Positions 20,546 to 30,946 of a DNA stretch of 64,000 bases are shown here, in pieces. Positions within the stretch are counted from its first letter, which is position 1. The number at the start of each line of letters is the position of its first letter. Location: assembly GCA_028718805.1 (NCBI GenBank), contig JAQUKY010000007.1, forward strand, positions 18,176 through 82,175, written 5' to 3'. A program made the translations under genes and the position numbers. The DNA is from Candidatus Nanoarchaeia archaeon (GTDB taxonomy: Archaea > Nanobdellota > Nanobdellia > Pacearchaeales > GW2011-AR1). Under the pieces are notes generated by a model. The model did no database searches. It was not told the origin of the DNA and worked only from the letters and a program-made list of their open reading frames with translations.

Positions 20546-20564
20546 ATAGTAAATATAATTAAGC

Positions 20565-21014
20565 CTAGCCTTTATTCTCTTCAGCGTCTTTTGAGAATTG
20601 TGGCATTGCGTTAGGGTCTCTGATTTTTTTGTCGATTTCTTCTTGGCTAACCTTAAGGGAAGCAGCCAAATCAATTATATATTTTCCTTCTTCTAATTTG
20701 TAGATGAGAGGTCTTTTTTTAGAGAAAAGATTAACAATATCAATTTCAAATTTGCCAGGCCTTATTACTTTTATAGATTCTAAATCTAAGATAACAGGTT
20801 TTTCAGGTTCTTTTTCCAATCCAGTTATCTCCCTAATATCTCTTTCAATCTGGGTTTTATCAGATTTTTCTAATTCAACAATAGTATCTTTAACCTCTTC
20901 AGTAGGCATGTCTTTAATGTAGTAGAAAAAATGGCTTCCACAGCTGCACCCTTCTAATATTTCTTTGGCAGCATCAGGAAATATGTTCCCGCAATGAACG
21001 CATTGGTGAGGCAT
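20565..21014 (-). CDS. oapC: Zn-ribbon protein OapC/ArvC (DUF2072-like)
   Basis: MPHQCVHCG..ILEGCSCGSHFFYY, ESIKV..PGKFEIDI, EEGKYII. Confidence 0.88.
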   Translation of the reverse strand: MPHQCVHCGNIFPDAAKEILEGCSCGSHFFYYIKDMPTEEVKDTIVELEKSDKTQIERDIREITGLEKEPEKPVILDLESIKVIRPGKFEIDIVNLFSKKRPLIYKLEEGKYIIDLAASLKVSQEEIDKKIRDPNAMPQFSKDAEENKG

Positions 21015-21162
21015 CTTATTATTTTAGTATCTTTCTTTTATGTTTAATTGAAAATAATGAGGAGACATTGGCATTTTTAAATTTTTAGGTATTTTATTAC
21101 CAAATTTTTGTTATTCTCCTATAAACAAACACATAGAATATATAAAGATTATTAGTCTAAAA

Positions 21163-21546
21163 CTATCTCATCATTACTTCTAATTTCTTGGGGTTTCTTT
21201 TCATCTCTTTTACAATTGTTGCAGGACCGATTATAGTAAGAGCATTCTGCTGTCCTGTAATAGCTTTTGCAATGCCAAATCTAAGTTTTTGTATAGCAGT
21301 GAGGTCATCTCCCTGTTCAATGACAGCCAACTCAACTCCCTTAAATCCCTTGATATTCCCAACCATAATCATTGTATCTTCTATTAATCTTGTTTCTTCT
21401 TCAGAACTAAGTCTTCCCTGCAAAACAACAACCTTGTTGCTTAGAATTATTTTCAATAGTTTCTTAATTCTCTCAACAGATTCTAGTCTTGCAATTTCTG
21501 AATAAGGCATAAAATGCAATGTCAATCCTTTTATCTTTTTTGCCAT
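21163..21546 (-). CDS. oapB: OapB/ArvB (DUF2073-like)
   Basis: LQGRLSSEEE..LIE.TM, FKGVE, LTIIGPA; operon context. Confidence 0.87.
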   Translation of the reverse strand: MAKKIKGLTLHFMPYSEIARLESVERIKKLLKIILSNKVVVLQGRLSSEEETRLIEDTMIMVGNIKGFKGVELAVIEQGDDLTAIQKLRFGIAKAITGQQNALTIIGPATIVKEMKRNPKKLEVMMR

Positions 21547-21620
21547 CTCTCACCCTTTTTTTTGTCTTTTACTCATTGTTGTAATGGAATATATACTTTT
21601 AAATGTTATTTATTTTATTT

Positions 21621-21730
21621 TTTGGTAATTTATTCAACGAATTTAAGTTGTTTTTGAGTTTTTATCAAGCTATTTTTCAGCAGCTTAATTTTCTCAATAT
21701 CATCTTATCTAGTTTTTGATATTACTGATT
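21621..21730 (-). repeat. Intergenic modular element starting at the oapA stop codon
   Basis: Minus strand TAA-ATCAGTAAT...ATTCGTTGAATAAATTACC. Confidence 0.7.
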
Positions 21731-22371
21731 TATGCTTGTTTTGCTAACCTAAACACAGACTCATAAAATTCATCCATGTTTTTTCCCTTTTTAGCAGATA
21801 TCGCCACCACATCATATTCTGGAAAAGCAGCCTCTATTTTTTTAATCTCTGCTTTTTTTAAATCAGATTTATTAGCAACAACCAAGACAGGTATTTTTCT
21901 TGCAACCAAGTTGCCAACTATAGTTATATTTACTTGTGAATAAGGGTTTTGAGTTGCATCTAAGACAACAATAACAGCATCCATATCATCTAGCCATTGA
22001 ATTGCTTCTATAACTCCCTTTGTTGCTTCTTTAGCTCTTTTTTGAGCCTGTTTCTTATTCATATGCATTTTAACAAAGTCTTCATAATCAATCTTTGTGG
22101 CAATTCCAGGAGTATCAACTAATTTAAATTTAAGGCTCTTTTCTTTATATTTGATTTCAACCTCTTCTTTAAACTGTACATGTCTTGTTTCATGAGGTAT
22201 ATTGCTTACCTTTCCTATTTCTTCTCCAGTCCAGTCTTTGCAAATTCTGTTCGCTAGAGTAGTTTTTCCAGCATTCGGAGGCCCATAAAAACCAAGCCTG
22301 ATTTGTTTTCTTTTTTTAAAGAAAAGGCCAAATAGCCTTCTTGTAAAATTCCTAAGTATTCTTATAGCCAT
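21730..22371 (-). CDS. oapA: Era-like small GTPase OapA/ArvA
   Basis: GPPNAGKTT, HETR, DTPG, NKSD, ISAK; followed by oapB and oapC. Confidence 0.9.
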   Translation of the reverse strand: MAIRILRNFTRRLFGLFFKKRKQIRLGFYGPPNAGKTTLANRICKDWTGEEIGKVSNIPHETRHVQFKEEVEIKYKEKSLKFKLVDTPGIATKIDYEDFVKMHMNKKQAQKRAKEATKGVIEAIQWLDDMDAVIVVLDATQNPYSQVNITIVGNLVARKIPVLVVANKSDLKKAEIKKIEAAFPEYDVVAISAKKGKNMDEFYESVFRLAKQA

Positions 22372-22408
22372 TTTTTGTTTTATATCTAATTTTGTTTATT
22401 GTACTTTT

Positions 22409-22480
22409 ATCTGTAATATATAGCTCTATACACTTTGATTTTTGTTGTCATAATGTTTTAGTATTTTTTTATTACTAATT
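22409..22480 (-). repeat. Decayed intergenic modular element
   Basis: Minus strand TAGTAAT..ACTAAAACATT..CAAAGTGTATAGAG..ATTACAGAT, collinear with 8657-8727. Confidence 0.6.
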
Positions 22481-22520
22481 CTCTTTTATAATAAATCTTT
22501 ATTTGCGTTTATTAATATTT

Positions 22521-25286
22521 CTATACTCTTCTGAAACTCTGTAATGGACTCTGTGAACTGCCCCTTCTTTCAAGTTCTCTTTTAACCTGCCTATTTTCAA
22601 CCCACTTGAGTATAGGAATTTCCCACATACCTGTTCTTTTTCCTTGGAATTTATTCCAGGCATATTTTAACTGCTCATTATTCCATCCAAGATCTTTTAA
22701 TTTATCAAACACCTCTGATTTTCTCACCCCTTGATTATTTGAATTATTCATAAAATTAATAAGATTAAACAACTGATTTTTATCAGGGAATAAACGCTTT
22801 TCATAGTTTCTTTTATACCATTCCTGCAATGCAACATAAATGCAAAGAGCAATAAATAACAAAATACAGATCCATAAAACAGTGAGTCCAACAGGTTTGC
22901 AGTCGCTTCTGCAATTTGTATAATCCTCCATTAAATCTTTCTCACATTTTTTATTAAAATTACATATCCCAGGTTCTACTTGAATCTCCAAATTTCTAAA
23001 TTCAGGGGAGATACAAACAGGAAAACTTCCAACGCTAATCTTCCCAGGATATAAAAATTCTATTGTTTCCTGGCTAGTTAATTCTGAGAATATAATGGCT
23101 ACAGCATCATCATAAGATTTAACAGTCTTATCTGTATTAAATTTAATTCTATCAGGGTCTCCATTAACTAAAAAATAAACTTCTCCTAATAACTGGTCTG
23201 GTTTTGGGGTTAGAGTTACCTTAGCATAAGAAAACAAATCTCTGGTTTCATTTTTATAGTATAATGCATAGGTTTTTGACTCTATTGTCATCTGTATAGC
23301 ATTCATAAACCAGTTGGTAACTGCATTAGAATAATCTTCATTTGTTCCATCAACACTTCCTGCTCCGAAATAGTTTAATGCAGCAAGATTAATTTGATTC
23401 GGGTCTGGAAAAGTATTGGAAGGAGTTATTTTCTGACTTAAATTAAAAAATAAAGGGATGTCTAATGCAGCCAATGCTTCCATAATTTTGACATAATCTT
23501 CATCTGTGTTATATGAGCTGTCATCATACTTGTTTTTCTGGGTTTTAATTTGAGATCTTATATTATCTACATCAAATTCTTTTAATATCTCTTTTTGAAT
23601 CCATAATGGAGTTTTATTTATTTCTGCTTCAATTTTATTTAGTCTGGTAGTATAATCCTTAATTGTCGAGTTGATGTAATCTTTAGGAGATATAACAATT
23701 ACACTTATGCTTTTGCTGTAATTCCCCAACTTGTTGCTTAAGCTGACAGTAAGAGTATAATTTCCAAGCTTAGAGTAAGTATGCTCTGTTATCTTGCTGT
23801 TTGTAACCTGTTTACCTGTGTTATCTCCAAAATTCCAGGTATAAGTCAAATTAGAAGCATCTTCATCTAAAAATACCATAAACGGGTAAGAAACAAATGC
23901 AGGAACTTCTTGAGGAATTATACTTATTATTTTTGGAATATTCTTCACGCTGACCTTTTTTTCTAATATCTCGTCATCATTTAATTTTAAGACAAGAGTT
24001 TTATCGCCATAACTGGAAGGAGTTAAAAGATTAGCTTTTTCCAGGTCTAATTTTGAGAAATTAGAGCTAATCAAAACATCAGAGCTTTGAATGTCGTAGA
24101 TAGAAGATGTATCTTTTGAGATACCTGAATCATCATCATAACTTAAATATAAATCAGAAATGCTGATATCCTGATTTATCCCAGAATAAATTCTTATCGG
24201 GATTATGCATTCAGGATTGCAGGTCGTATACCTGCTGTCAATATAATCTTTGATATAATATGCTAAATCGCTTCCGGCGTCTCCATAAACTGTTTGCTGG
24301 TTAAACTGAAAATCATCAACATCATTATATTTAGCAACCTCCACAAAAATGTCAAAATCATGAAGATATGGCGGCTCATCAAATTCTGAATACCCGCAGC
24401 ATTCAGTTTGATTATCTTCCAGACATCCAACATCTTGATATCTTATCTCGTATTTTGTTGTGCCAGAAACCTTGGTTATGCAGACAGTTGCTTGTTCTGA
24501 TTCTGATAACTCTTCATCAAAAATAATCTCACATTTTGCCTTCCCGCTTGTGTTCATAAAAACAGTGCAATCTTTCGATTCTGAAGCATCAATACTCATC
24601 CTAAACTGGGCATTTCCGGTACCAATAACATTCGCACCAATTCTTAATTTCTTATTAACCGGAATTTTTATTTTTTCACAATAAAGGTTGGCTGTTTTTA
24701 TCTCGGTCTTTTCAGCAGAATCACTTGCCTTAAAACATCCTTGTGAATTTGGAATAGTGCATTCAAACAGATCAGACATGTTAATTGATTTCCATTCAAT
24801 ACTATCTCCATCTGTGCTGTCGTCTAATAAATCTATTTTAAGAGGGTTCGTGCAGCTTTTACCTGCATTTGTAGAAACATTAAACCTGAATTCAGTAATA
24901 CTTCCTATTTTGCTTGTTACCCTCAATCCGATTAATTTTTCCCGGTTATAATCCAATGAAAATGTTTTTGAAGATTGCGGTGGGTTGCTGGTAGAATATC
25001 CTTTTTCACAATTACTTGGAAAACAAGAGCAAACTGGACTTGATTCACAGTTAATGTTATTTTTGTCTAAAAAACCAATAAGCTTAATGCTGCTGTCAAA
25101 GCCAGTTAATAAAGAATCAGCAGATTCGCTTTGAAAACTTATATTTATCCATCCCTTAATTGGTTCCTCGCTAGCATATGTGGTTATTATTTCAGAAGAT
25201 TTGTTTCCTAAAACAAAACTAGCACTTATTAAATTTATTAGAAAAATGCCAATTATCAGACTTATAACTATCATCCTCTTTTTCAT
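22521..25286 (-). CDS. Large membrane-anchored surface protein with PKD domain
   Basis: Signal peptide, YTWNFGD..HTY..GNYTLTV PKD motif, Cys motif, TM, cytoplasmic tail. Confidence 0.82.
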   Translation of the reverse strand: MKKRMIVISLIIGIFLINLISASFVLGNKSSEIITTYASEEPIKGWINISFQSESADSLLTGFDSSIKLIGFLDKNNINCESSPVCSCFPSNCEKGYSTSNPPQSSKTFSLDYNREKLIGLRVTSKIGSITEFRFNVSTNAGKSCTNPLKIDLLDDSTDGDSIEWKSINMSDLFECTIPNSQGCFKASDSAEKTEIKTANLYCEKIKIPVNKKLRIGANVIGTGNAQFRMSIDASESKDCTVFMNTSGKAKCEIIFDEELSESEQATVCITKVSGTTKYEIRYQDVGCLEDNQTECCGYSEFDEPPYLHDFDIFVEVAKYNDVDDFQFNQQTVYGDAGSDLAYYIKDYIDSRYTTCNPECIIPIRIYSGINQDISISDLYLSYDDDSGISKDTSSIYDIQSSDVLISSNFSKLDLEKANLLTPSSYGDKTLVLKLNDDEILEKKVSVKNIPKIISIIPQEVPAFVSYPFMVFLDEDASNLTYTWNFGDNTGKQVTNSKITEHTYSKLGNYTLTVSLSNKLGNYSKSISVIVISPKDYINSTIKDYTTRLNKIEAEINKTPLWIQKEILKEFDVDNIRSQIKTQKNKYDDSSYNTDEDYVKIMEALAALDIPLFFNLSQKITPSNTFPDPNQINLAALNYFGAGSVDGTNEDYSNAVTNWFMNAIQMTIESKTYALYYKNETRDLFSYAKVTLTPKPDQLLGEVYFLVNGDPDRIKFNTDKTVKSYDDAVAIIFSELTSQETIEFLYPGKISVGSFPVCISPEFRNLEIQVEPGICNFNKKCEKDLMEDYTNCRSDCKPVGLTVLWICILLFIALCIYVALQEWYKRNYEKRLFPDKNQLFNLINFMNNSNNQGVRKSEVFDKLKDLGWNNEQLKYAWNKFQGKRTGMWEIPILKWVENRQVKRELERRGSSQSPLQSFRRV

Positions 25287-25327
25287 ATTTATTACAGAGA
25301 AAACCAATTTATAAATATTGTCTTAAT

Positions 25328-25411
25328 ATTTATAATTAACTAAAAGGAACTTGAAATCATAAGTGTCTTAGGCACTCATCTGCAAAGCTAGTAATAGTTA
25401 ACATTATTGAT
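25328..25411 (+). repeat. Intergenic modular element (opposite orientation to flanking genes)
   Basis: CACTCATCTGCAAAGC core and ATTATTGAT end. Confidence 0.6.
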
Positions 25412-25435
25412 ATAGTAAAAATATAAAGAACAAAT

Positions 25436-26329
25436 TTATCTCTGCTTTTTCTTCTTTCTTTTCTTTTTAGAAATCAAATAAAGGTAATAAGTAACAACTA
25501 AAATTACAATAACTGCGATTACATTTATCCATGTGAAAAAATTTAACTTTGTTATGTCTGTGCAAGGCTTTGTTTCGGGATCAACAGCACAATTCATATC
25601 TTCATGGGGGTTTATGACTGTCCAATTCCATATAATCATTCCATTAGGTTGAGTGCACTGGCTGTCATCTACAGTTATAGCATATTGGCAGAATCCAAAA
25701 GTATAATTATCTCTGTCATTACAATCCTTTATTTTGCTTGCATCTGCCAGGCATTTTTCTTCTGTTGCATTCCATACACAACTGCAGGAAGTAAAATTAG
25801 AGCAAATTTTGATTCCGACTTCCCAGGGCTTGTCAACAGCCTTATTGCACCACCCCTCTCCGTATACACTGCTGCTTTCAATGCTTTCTATTGCTACATC
25901 AGGGACATAATTTTCACATTCATCTTCTCCATAAGAAGAACAGCTGGTTACATTTGAAATAAGGCACTTGTATTTATCATCATCAATTACATTAGGCAAT
26001 AATTGAACTGATTCTGAAAGCTGACCTGTGATTAACTGGCAGGTATTAAATGTAGAGCCTGTTTTTGGGCAGCAAGCACCCTCCCCAACAAAATCATAAC
26101 CACTCCCAAAATCCCTGCAGTCAAAAACAGGATCTGCCCCAACAGTAGCATAAGAGTTATTTGTAATTGTATCTACCCATTTAGTATGGTTATATTCTGA
26201 AGGGCAAAAAATACCCTCTTTAATAAAAACTGTGGAGCTGGTTTCTCCAAAATAATCTCCAGCAGCCAAAACTGAGATTAGGAAAATAAACAGGAAAAAT
26301 CCTAATCCAAACAATATTCCTTTTTCCAT
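25436..26329 (-). CDS. Cys-rich membrane-anchored surface protein
   Basis: Signal peptide, many Cys, C-terminal TM plus poly-Lys tail. Confidence 0.8.
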   Translation of the reverse strand: MEKGILFGLGFFLFIFLISVLAAGDYFGETSSTVFIKEGIFCPSEYNHTKWVDTITNNSYATVGADPVFDCRDFGSGYDFVGEGACCPKTGSTFNTCQLITGQLSESVQLLPNVIDDDKYKCLISNVTSCSSYGEDECENYVPDVAIESIESSSVYGEGWCNKAVDKPWEVGIKICSNFTSCSCVWNATEEKCLADASKIKDCNDRDNYTFGFCQYAITVDDSQCTQPNGMIIWNWTVINPHEDMNCAVDPETKPCTDITKLNFFTWINVIAVIVILVVTYYLYLISKKKRKKKKQR

Positions 26330-26341
26330 TTTTCTTTTTTT

Positions 26342-26435
26342 ACCAGTAATGTCAAACTCTATTTCGCTTTGTAGATGAGCTGATTAAGCTTACTCTTCTC
26401 ACCAATCGCGTTTTAGTGTTTTTTTGTTACTGATT
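26342..26435 (-). repeat. Intergenic modular element
   Basis: Minus strand AATCAGTAA..ACACTAAAACGC..AAGCTTAATCAGCTCATCTACAAAGCGAAATAGAGT..ATTACTGG. Confidence 0.8.
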
Positions 26436-26466
26436 TTTATATTTATTATTAATATATAGTTTTAAT

Positions 26467-28305
26467 TTAAGTGGTATATTTTGTTTTTAAATTTAATGCG
26501 TGTTTTCCAGGCTCATTAAAGACCTTTATGAATTCAACAACATCACTATGATTAGTGCCATATTTTCCATTTAATTTAGTAGGGCTATTATCAAATGTCC
26601 ATTCCATATCTATTTTATTTTGATTTGTTGATTCTCCTGCCATCAAATAACAATAAATTCCTTCTTTTGTTATTGTATCATTTACTACATAACAAGAAGG
26701 GCTAGAAGCCGAGCATTCACTTAAAGTATAACTGCAGTTAACAACATGAGTTGCACTTGCATTTACCTTAACAAACCTGCCGCTAATCTGCTGCATTTGG
26801 TCAGGGTTAGGATCTGTTATAATTGCAAATACATTTATTCCTTTTCCATAAACATAAACTTCTGTTGCATCATAAGCAGATTGTGTTTCAGTAGGTGTTC
26901 TCGGAGGAGACATTTCGCTTGCAGTCAGTTTTATAGACTTGGTTCCAGAAGTTGTGTAAGAATGAGTTGTGTTTCCTAATCCAGTGGCTATAATATTATT
27001 AAAAGAGGTTATATTGCTGTCCCCAAACTCCCAGGTTAATTTCAAATCATCATCAGAATCAGAACTTGTTTGTTCAAATGGGATGTCAACAGTTTCCAAT
27101 GTTATTTTATTGATAACATAAATATCTTTATACAAAGGACTTTTTATCTGAGTTGTTGGGGGGGCATTATTATAAATACCTTTTTTTACAACCAGATATT
27201 CTGAAGTTTTTCCATCAGCCATAAAATAAAATTCTTCTTCACTTCCCTCTATTTCCAGACCATCTCCTAAGTCAAAATCACTTTGGGTAATTGTCCACTT
27301 TGCAGCAATTTTTCCGTTAAGATTAAAAGTGTTTGTTACTGTTCTAATATCCTCGTCTATAAGAAGTTCAATAAGGTCGTCATATTCTTTTATATTAAAT
27401 TCATTCCCGCCTGTTTCTGAAATCATTAACACAGTTTCTCCTATTTCAGCAGTGGTTATAGGATTCCCGTTCATATCAGCCCAGTAAACATCAGTCACAG
27501 CAGATTTACAGCAGATTTTTATTGGATAATTTGTATCAGAAGCATTTGAAATATGAGAATTGTTATTTTGGTATAATCTTACTACAATCTCTCCTTCGTT
27601 AGTGCATGTATTCCCTCCAGTTGTATCAGCTTCACAACTTAAATCACCATAACAAACATCATAATTGTAAGGAAAAGGCCCATTTGCTGTTTGAGCATGA
27701 GAATTTGTAGATTGATATAACTCAATAATTTTGTTTGTTCCAGTACAAGAATGAGGATTTACTCCTGCATAAGAAGTACCAAAAATTGTAGAATAACAAA
27801 TATCTTGAATATAACTTTGATTCCACAAAGCGCAATGAGAATTTGTTGCAGAATAAAGTTTCATTATTATTTGATTTTGAGGGCAGGGAGGAGGGGCAGG
27901 AGACCCGGAAAAAAACTCATTCGAAAGGTTATATATTGAACTAATCCCTCCGCAACCACTGCAATTACAATCACTTGCCTGAACAGGAACATTTCCATTT
28001 CTTGCGTAACTAGGGCATTCAGACCATCCTGAAATATTAGATTGAGCACAATCTCCAGTGCCAGGAGTGTCACAATCAGAAGGAGAATAAAGAATATAAT
28101 AATCTTCACTTACTCCTCCAGTGCACCCACCCACATCAGAAAACCATCCTCCAGGATTGCTGACAAAAATTGCACCACAAGCATTTGTACAAGTTGGTGT
28201 TTGTGGCTCACAACCCGCAATTCCTGCATTCGCAATCCCGATTAAACTTGCAAATAATCCAAAAGCTAAAACTATTAAAACTAAAAATTTCCAGCCTCTT
28301 TTCAT
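26467..28305 (-). CDS. Secreted Cys-rich/PKD surface protein
   Basis: Signal peptide, three LYxxxNSH repeats, LTWEFGD PKD-like motif. Confidence 0.8.
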   Translation of the reverse strand: MKRGWKFLVLIVLAFGLFASLIGIANAGIAGCEPQTPTCTNACGAIFVSNPGGWFSDVGGCTGGVSEDYYILYSPSDCDTPGTGDCAQSNISGWSECPSYARNGNVPVQASDCNCSGCGGISSIYNLSNEFFSGSPAPPPCPQNQIIMKLYSATNSHCALWNQSYIQDICYSTIFGTSYAGVNPHSCTGTNKIIELYQSTNSHAQTANGPFPYNYDVCYGDLSCEADTTGGNTCTNEGEIVVRLYQNNNSHISNASDTNYPIKICCKSAVTDVYWADMNGNPITTAEIGETVLMISETGGNEFNIKEYDDLIELLIDEDIRTVTNTFNLNGKIAAKWTITQSDFDLGDGLEIEGSEEEFYFMADGKTSEYLVVKKGIYNNAPPTTQIKSPLYKDIYVINKITLETVDIPFEQTSSDSDDDLKLTWEFGDSNITSFNNIIATGLGNTTHSYTTSGTKSIKLTASEMSPPRTPTETQSAYDATEVYVYGKGINVFAIITDPNPDQMQQISGRFVKVNASATHVVNCSYTLSECSASSPSCYVVNDTITKEGIYCYLMAGESTNQNKIDMEWTFDNSPTKLNGKYGTNHSDVVEFIKVFNEPGKHALNLKTKYTT

Positions 28306-28393
28306 ATTCTACAAAGAAAAAACAAGTTTATAAATATTGTCTTATTCTTAACCCTTATTCTTATTTGTTTTTATTGCATTAAGAATAAACTAA

Positions 28394-28469
28394 TACTATA
28401 ATAAAAGATTAAGACAAAATAAAAAAATTTATCATCTGCAAGGCTTAAAATAGTTTAATAAATCATTAA
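28394..28469 (+). repeat. Decayed intergenic modular element
   Basis: TCATCTGCAAGGCTTAAAATAGTTT core. Confidence 0.55.
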
Positions 28470-28603
28470 AAACATTTAAATATGGCCATTCATTAATAAC
28501 AGTAGAAAAAGATGGTGTCATTAAAAGTTAATATTCATAAAAAAGATTTATGGCTTTTGTCTGCCATAGTTGTATTTCTGGTCGGAGTTGCTTATGTTAT
28601 TGC
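28465..28603 (+). repeat. 139 bp exact direct repeat, copy A (promoter + 5' end of gene)
   Basis: Identical to 31525-31663. Confidence 0.95.
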
Positions 28604-29309
28604 ATATAATCCTAACTGGCAGACATCTCCAGGAAATCCTGCTGTGATGGGACACACTCCTGATGAGATTGAAGGGGGAGGGTGGGTTCATAGTGGGGCT
28701 GTAATATTTAGTGGTGATTGTCCTTCTAATTGGACATCATTAAACACTGGAATTGGAAAAAGAACTTTGGTTATGTTAAAGGTAGAAAATAATCAAGCAA
28801 CTAGTCATGTTATGTATGATTTTAAGCCAAAAGGAGAAAGCAGAAATCTTGGACCTACAGGCAGTTATTCAGGGCAGGTTTCTTCTGCCTTTGTATTTGC
28901 AAGTGATATAGGTTATTTTATGGTTGAAACAGATGCAAATGGTGAATTAGAATGGAGGGGTACTCCTCCTAGTCTCGCAACAGCTATCACTTTGATGGGA
29001 TATTTAAATTCTGGTGGAGGTTCTGGAACAGGTGGAGCACAGATAAAAACAGGAACTTATACTGGAAATGACGGAATCCAGGAGATTAATGTTGGGTTTA
29101 TGCCTGATAGTGTTACGTTTATAAATCATGGGAGTAGTTGGGTTAGCCATAAGACAAAGTATATGCCTAGTGCTTATGCCAAATATGCAGATGCTTATGC
29201 AGATAATTTAGTTAGCTTAACTACTAATGGTTTTAGGCTTGAATCAGGACAAAGTTCTTTTAATGGAAATGGCCAAACCTATTCTTACACAGCAATGAAA
29301 GACGGTTAA
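28512..29309 (+). CDS. Membrane-anchored adhesin/tail-fibre-like protein, paralog A
   Basis: N-terminal TM and NPAVMGHT motif shared with 31572; beta-rich C-terminal domains (GTYTGN..INVGFMPD). Confidence 0.7.
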   Translation: MVSLKVNIHKKDLWLLSAIVVFLVGVAYVIAYNPNWQTSPGNPAVMGHTPDEIEGGGWVHSGAVIFSGDCPSNWTSLNTGIGKRTLVMLKVENNQATSHVMYDFKPKGESRNLGPTGSYSGQVSSAFVFASDIGYFMVETDANGELEWRGTPPSLATAITLMGYLNSGGGSGTGGAQIKTGTYTGNDGIQEINVGFMPDSVTFINHGSSWVSHKTKYMPSAYAKYADAYADNLVSLTTNGFRLESGQSSFNGNGQTYSYTAMKDG

Positions 29310-29314
29310 ATTAA

Positions 29315-29477
29315 ATAAAAAGAAATCCACATCATTTATGATGTGGTGCTGATAATCGCTAATGCTGTGATTTAAACGCTTGTGGAAGCAGGTTCAATAA
29401 ATTGAAGTCCACAGAGCAAAGCGGATAAGAGTAAAGATATAAGGAAGCCCACGCATTTATGCGTGGGAGGATGTCAC
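29315..29477 (+). mobile_element. Non-autonomous IS200/IS605-type element, copy 2
   Basis: TTAA at 29311-29314, twin TTTA-loop hairpins, TCAC end. Confidence 0.88.
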
Positions 29478-29569
29478 ATGTATGAAAATCTATAAAAACA
29501 AAACTATTTCTGCCATATTCAATTATCTTCTTTAGAATTAAAAGCTTAATTCATTTTCTAAAAACCTTT

Positions 29570-30946
29570 TCACCCTTTCATAACAGCAATAGGAATCAAT
29601 TTTGCGACTAAATTTCCAATTCCTGCTTCGTGGCTTACTCTTACAACTTCGTCAATATCCTTGTACATCTGAGGAGCTTCTTCGCTTAATCCTTTCCAGC
29701 TTCCAGCTTCAACATCAATACCCTTTTCATTTAATTGTTTTTTTACATCTTCTCCCCTCACAGATTTTCTTGCAGAAGTTCTTGAGGCAACTCTTCCTGC
29801 ACCGTGGGCAGTGCTTCCAAATGAGACTTCCATTGCTTTTTCTGTTCCGATTAAGACATAGCTTGCGGTTCCCATGCTTCCTGGAATTAAAACAGGCTGG
29901 TTGGGAAAACTTCTTGTAGCTCCCTTTCTCATAACTAAAATTTCTTTTTCTTTTCCATCAATAATGTGTTTTTCAATTTTAGCAATATTATGGCAGACTT
30001 CATAAACAACATCGATTTTAACATTTTTAAAATAATGTTTAAATTGCTCTCTCACCCAGTGAGTTATAATCTGCTTGTTTGCAAATGCAAAATTTGCAGC
30101 ACAATTCATAGCAGAAAAATATTTTTTTCCTAATTCGCTTTTAATAGGAGCATTTATAAGCTCTCTGTCATATTCAGGCCAGCCATATTTATCTTCCATT
30201 AATTTAATATAATCACTTGCAACTTGATGTCCAAGCCCGCGACTTCCACAATGAATCATAATTGTAATCTGGTCTTTCTCTAATCCAAGTTTTTTTGCGG
30301 TTTCAAGATCAAAAATCTTCTCAACTTTTTGGATTTCAAGAAAATGATTTCCAGCTCCAAGAGTTCCCAGCTGCCCGATTCCTCTTTGCCTTGCTCTTTT
30401 TGAAACATCATCTGGATTGCAGGGATTTAAATTTCCATTTTCTTCCAAATGTTTTAAATCTTCTTTATAACCATAACCTTTTTCAACAGCCCATTTTGCC
30501 CCTTTTTTTAAAACTTCATCAAGCTCTTTATAAGTTATATTAACATTGCCCCCTCTTCCAACACCAGAAGGAACTGCCCTGAACAAAGAATGAAGAATCT
30601 CTTTTTTCTTTTTATCATTTAAATCACCAGCTTTTAAGTTTGTTTTTAATAAGCGAACTGAGCAGTCAATATCATATCCAACTCCTCCAGGAGAGATAAT
30701 TCCTTTATCTAAATCAAATGCAGCAACCCCCCCTATACTAAATCCGTAGCCTTGGTGAGCGTCCATAAGAGCAATACTATATTTCAAAATTCCAGGCAAA
30801 GTTGCAACATTTTTAACTTGCTCTAAAGTTTTATCTTCTTTCATTTTTTCCATAAGCTTCTCACTAGCAAAAATCTTCCCAGGGACTAGCATTTTCCCTT
30901 CCTTAGGAATTTCCCATTCATTTTCTGATATTTTTTTTAGTTTCAT
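29570..30946 (-). CDS. rtcB: RtcB tRNA-splicing ligase
   Basis: DAHQGYGF.IGGV, GYDI.C, GTLGAGNHFLE, HCGSRGLGH, HNIAK, RKGAT, HGAGR. Confidence 0.96.
   Translation of the reverse strand: MKLKKISENEWEIPKEGKMLVPGKIFASEKLMEKMKEDKTLEQVKNVATLPGILKYSIALMDAHQGYGFSIGGVAAFDLDKGIISPGGVGYDIDCSVRLLKTNLKAGDLNDKKKKEILHSLFRAVPSGVGRGGNVNITYKELDEVLKKGAKWAVEKGYGYKEDLKHLEENGNLNPCNPDDVSKRARQRGIGQLGTLGAGNHFLEIQKVEKIFDLETAKKLGLEKDQITIMIHCGSRGLGHQVASDYIKLMEDKYGWPEYDRELINAPIKSELGKKYFSAMNCAANFAFANKQIITHWVREQFKHYFKNVKIDVVYEVCHNIAKIEKHIIDGKEKEILVMRKGATRSFPNQPVLIPGSMGTASYVLIGTEKAMEVSFGSTAHGAGRVASRTSARKSVRGEDVKKQLNEKGIDVEAGSWKGLSEEAPQMYKDIDEVVRVSHEAGIGNLVAKLIPIAVMKG

Noticed and set aside
20565..22521. Replication origin next to oapABC
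   Set aside because: No ORB-like G-string repeats or cdc6/orc1 seen, and the IS605-type copies keep the same orientation on both sides
30655..30690. RtcB DIDCS instead of the usual DINCG
   Set aside because: The metal-binding Asp and Cys and the His motifs are retained, so there is no evidence of inactivation
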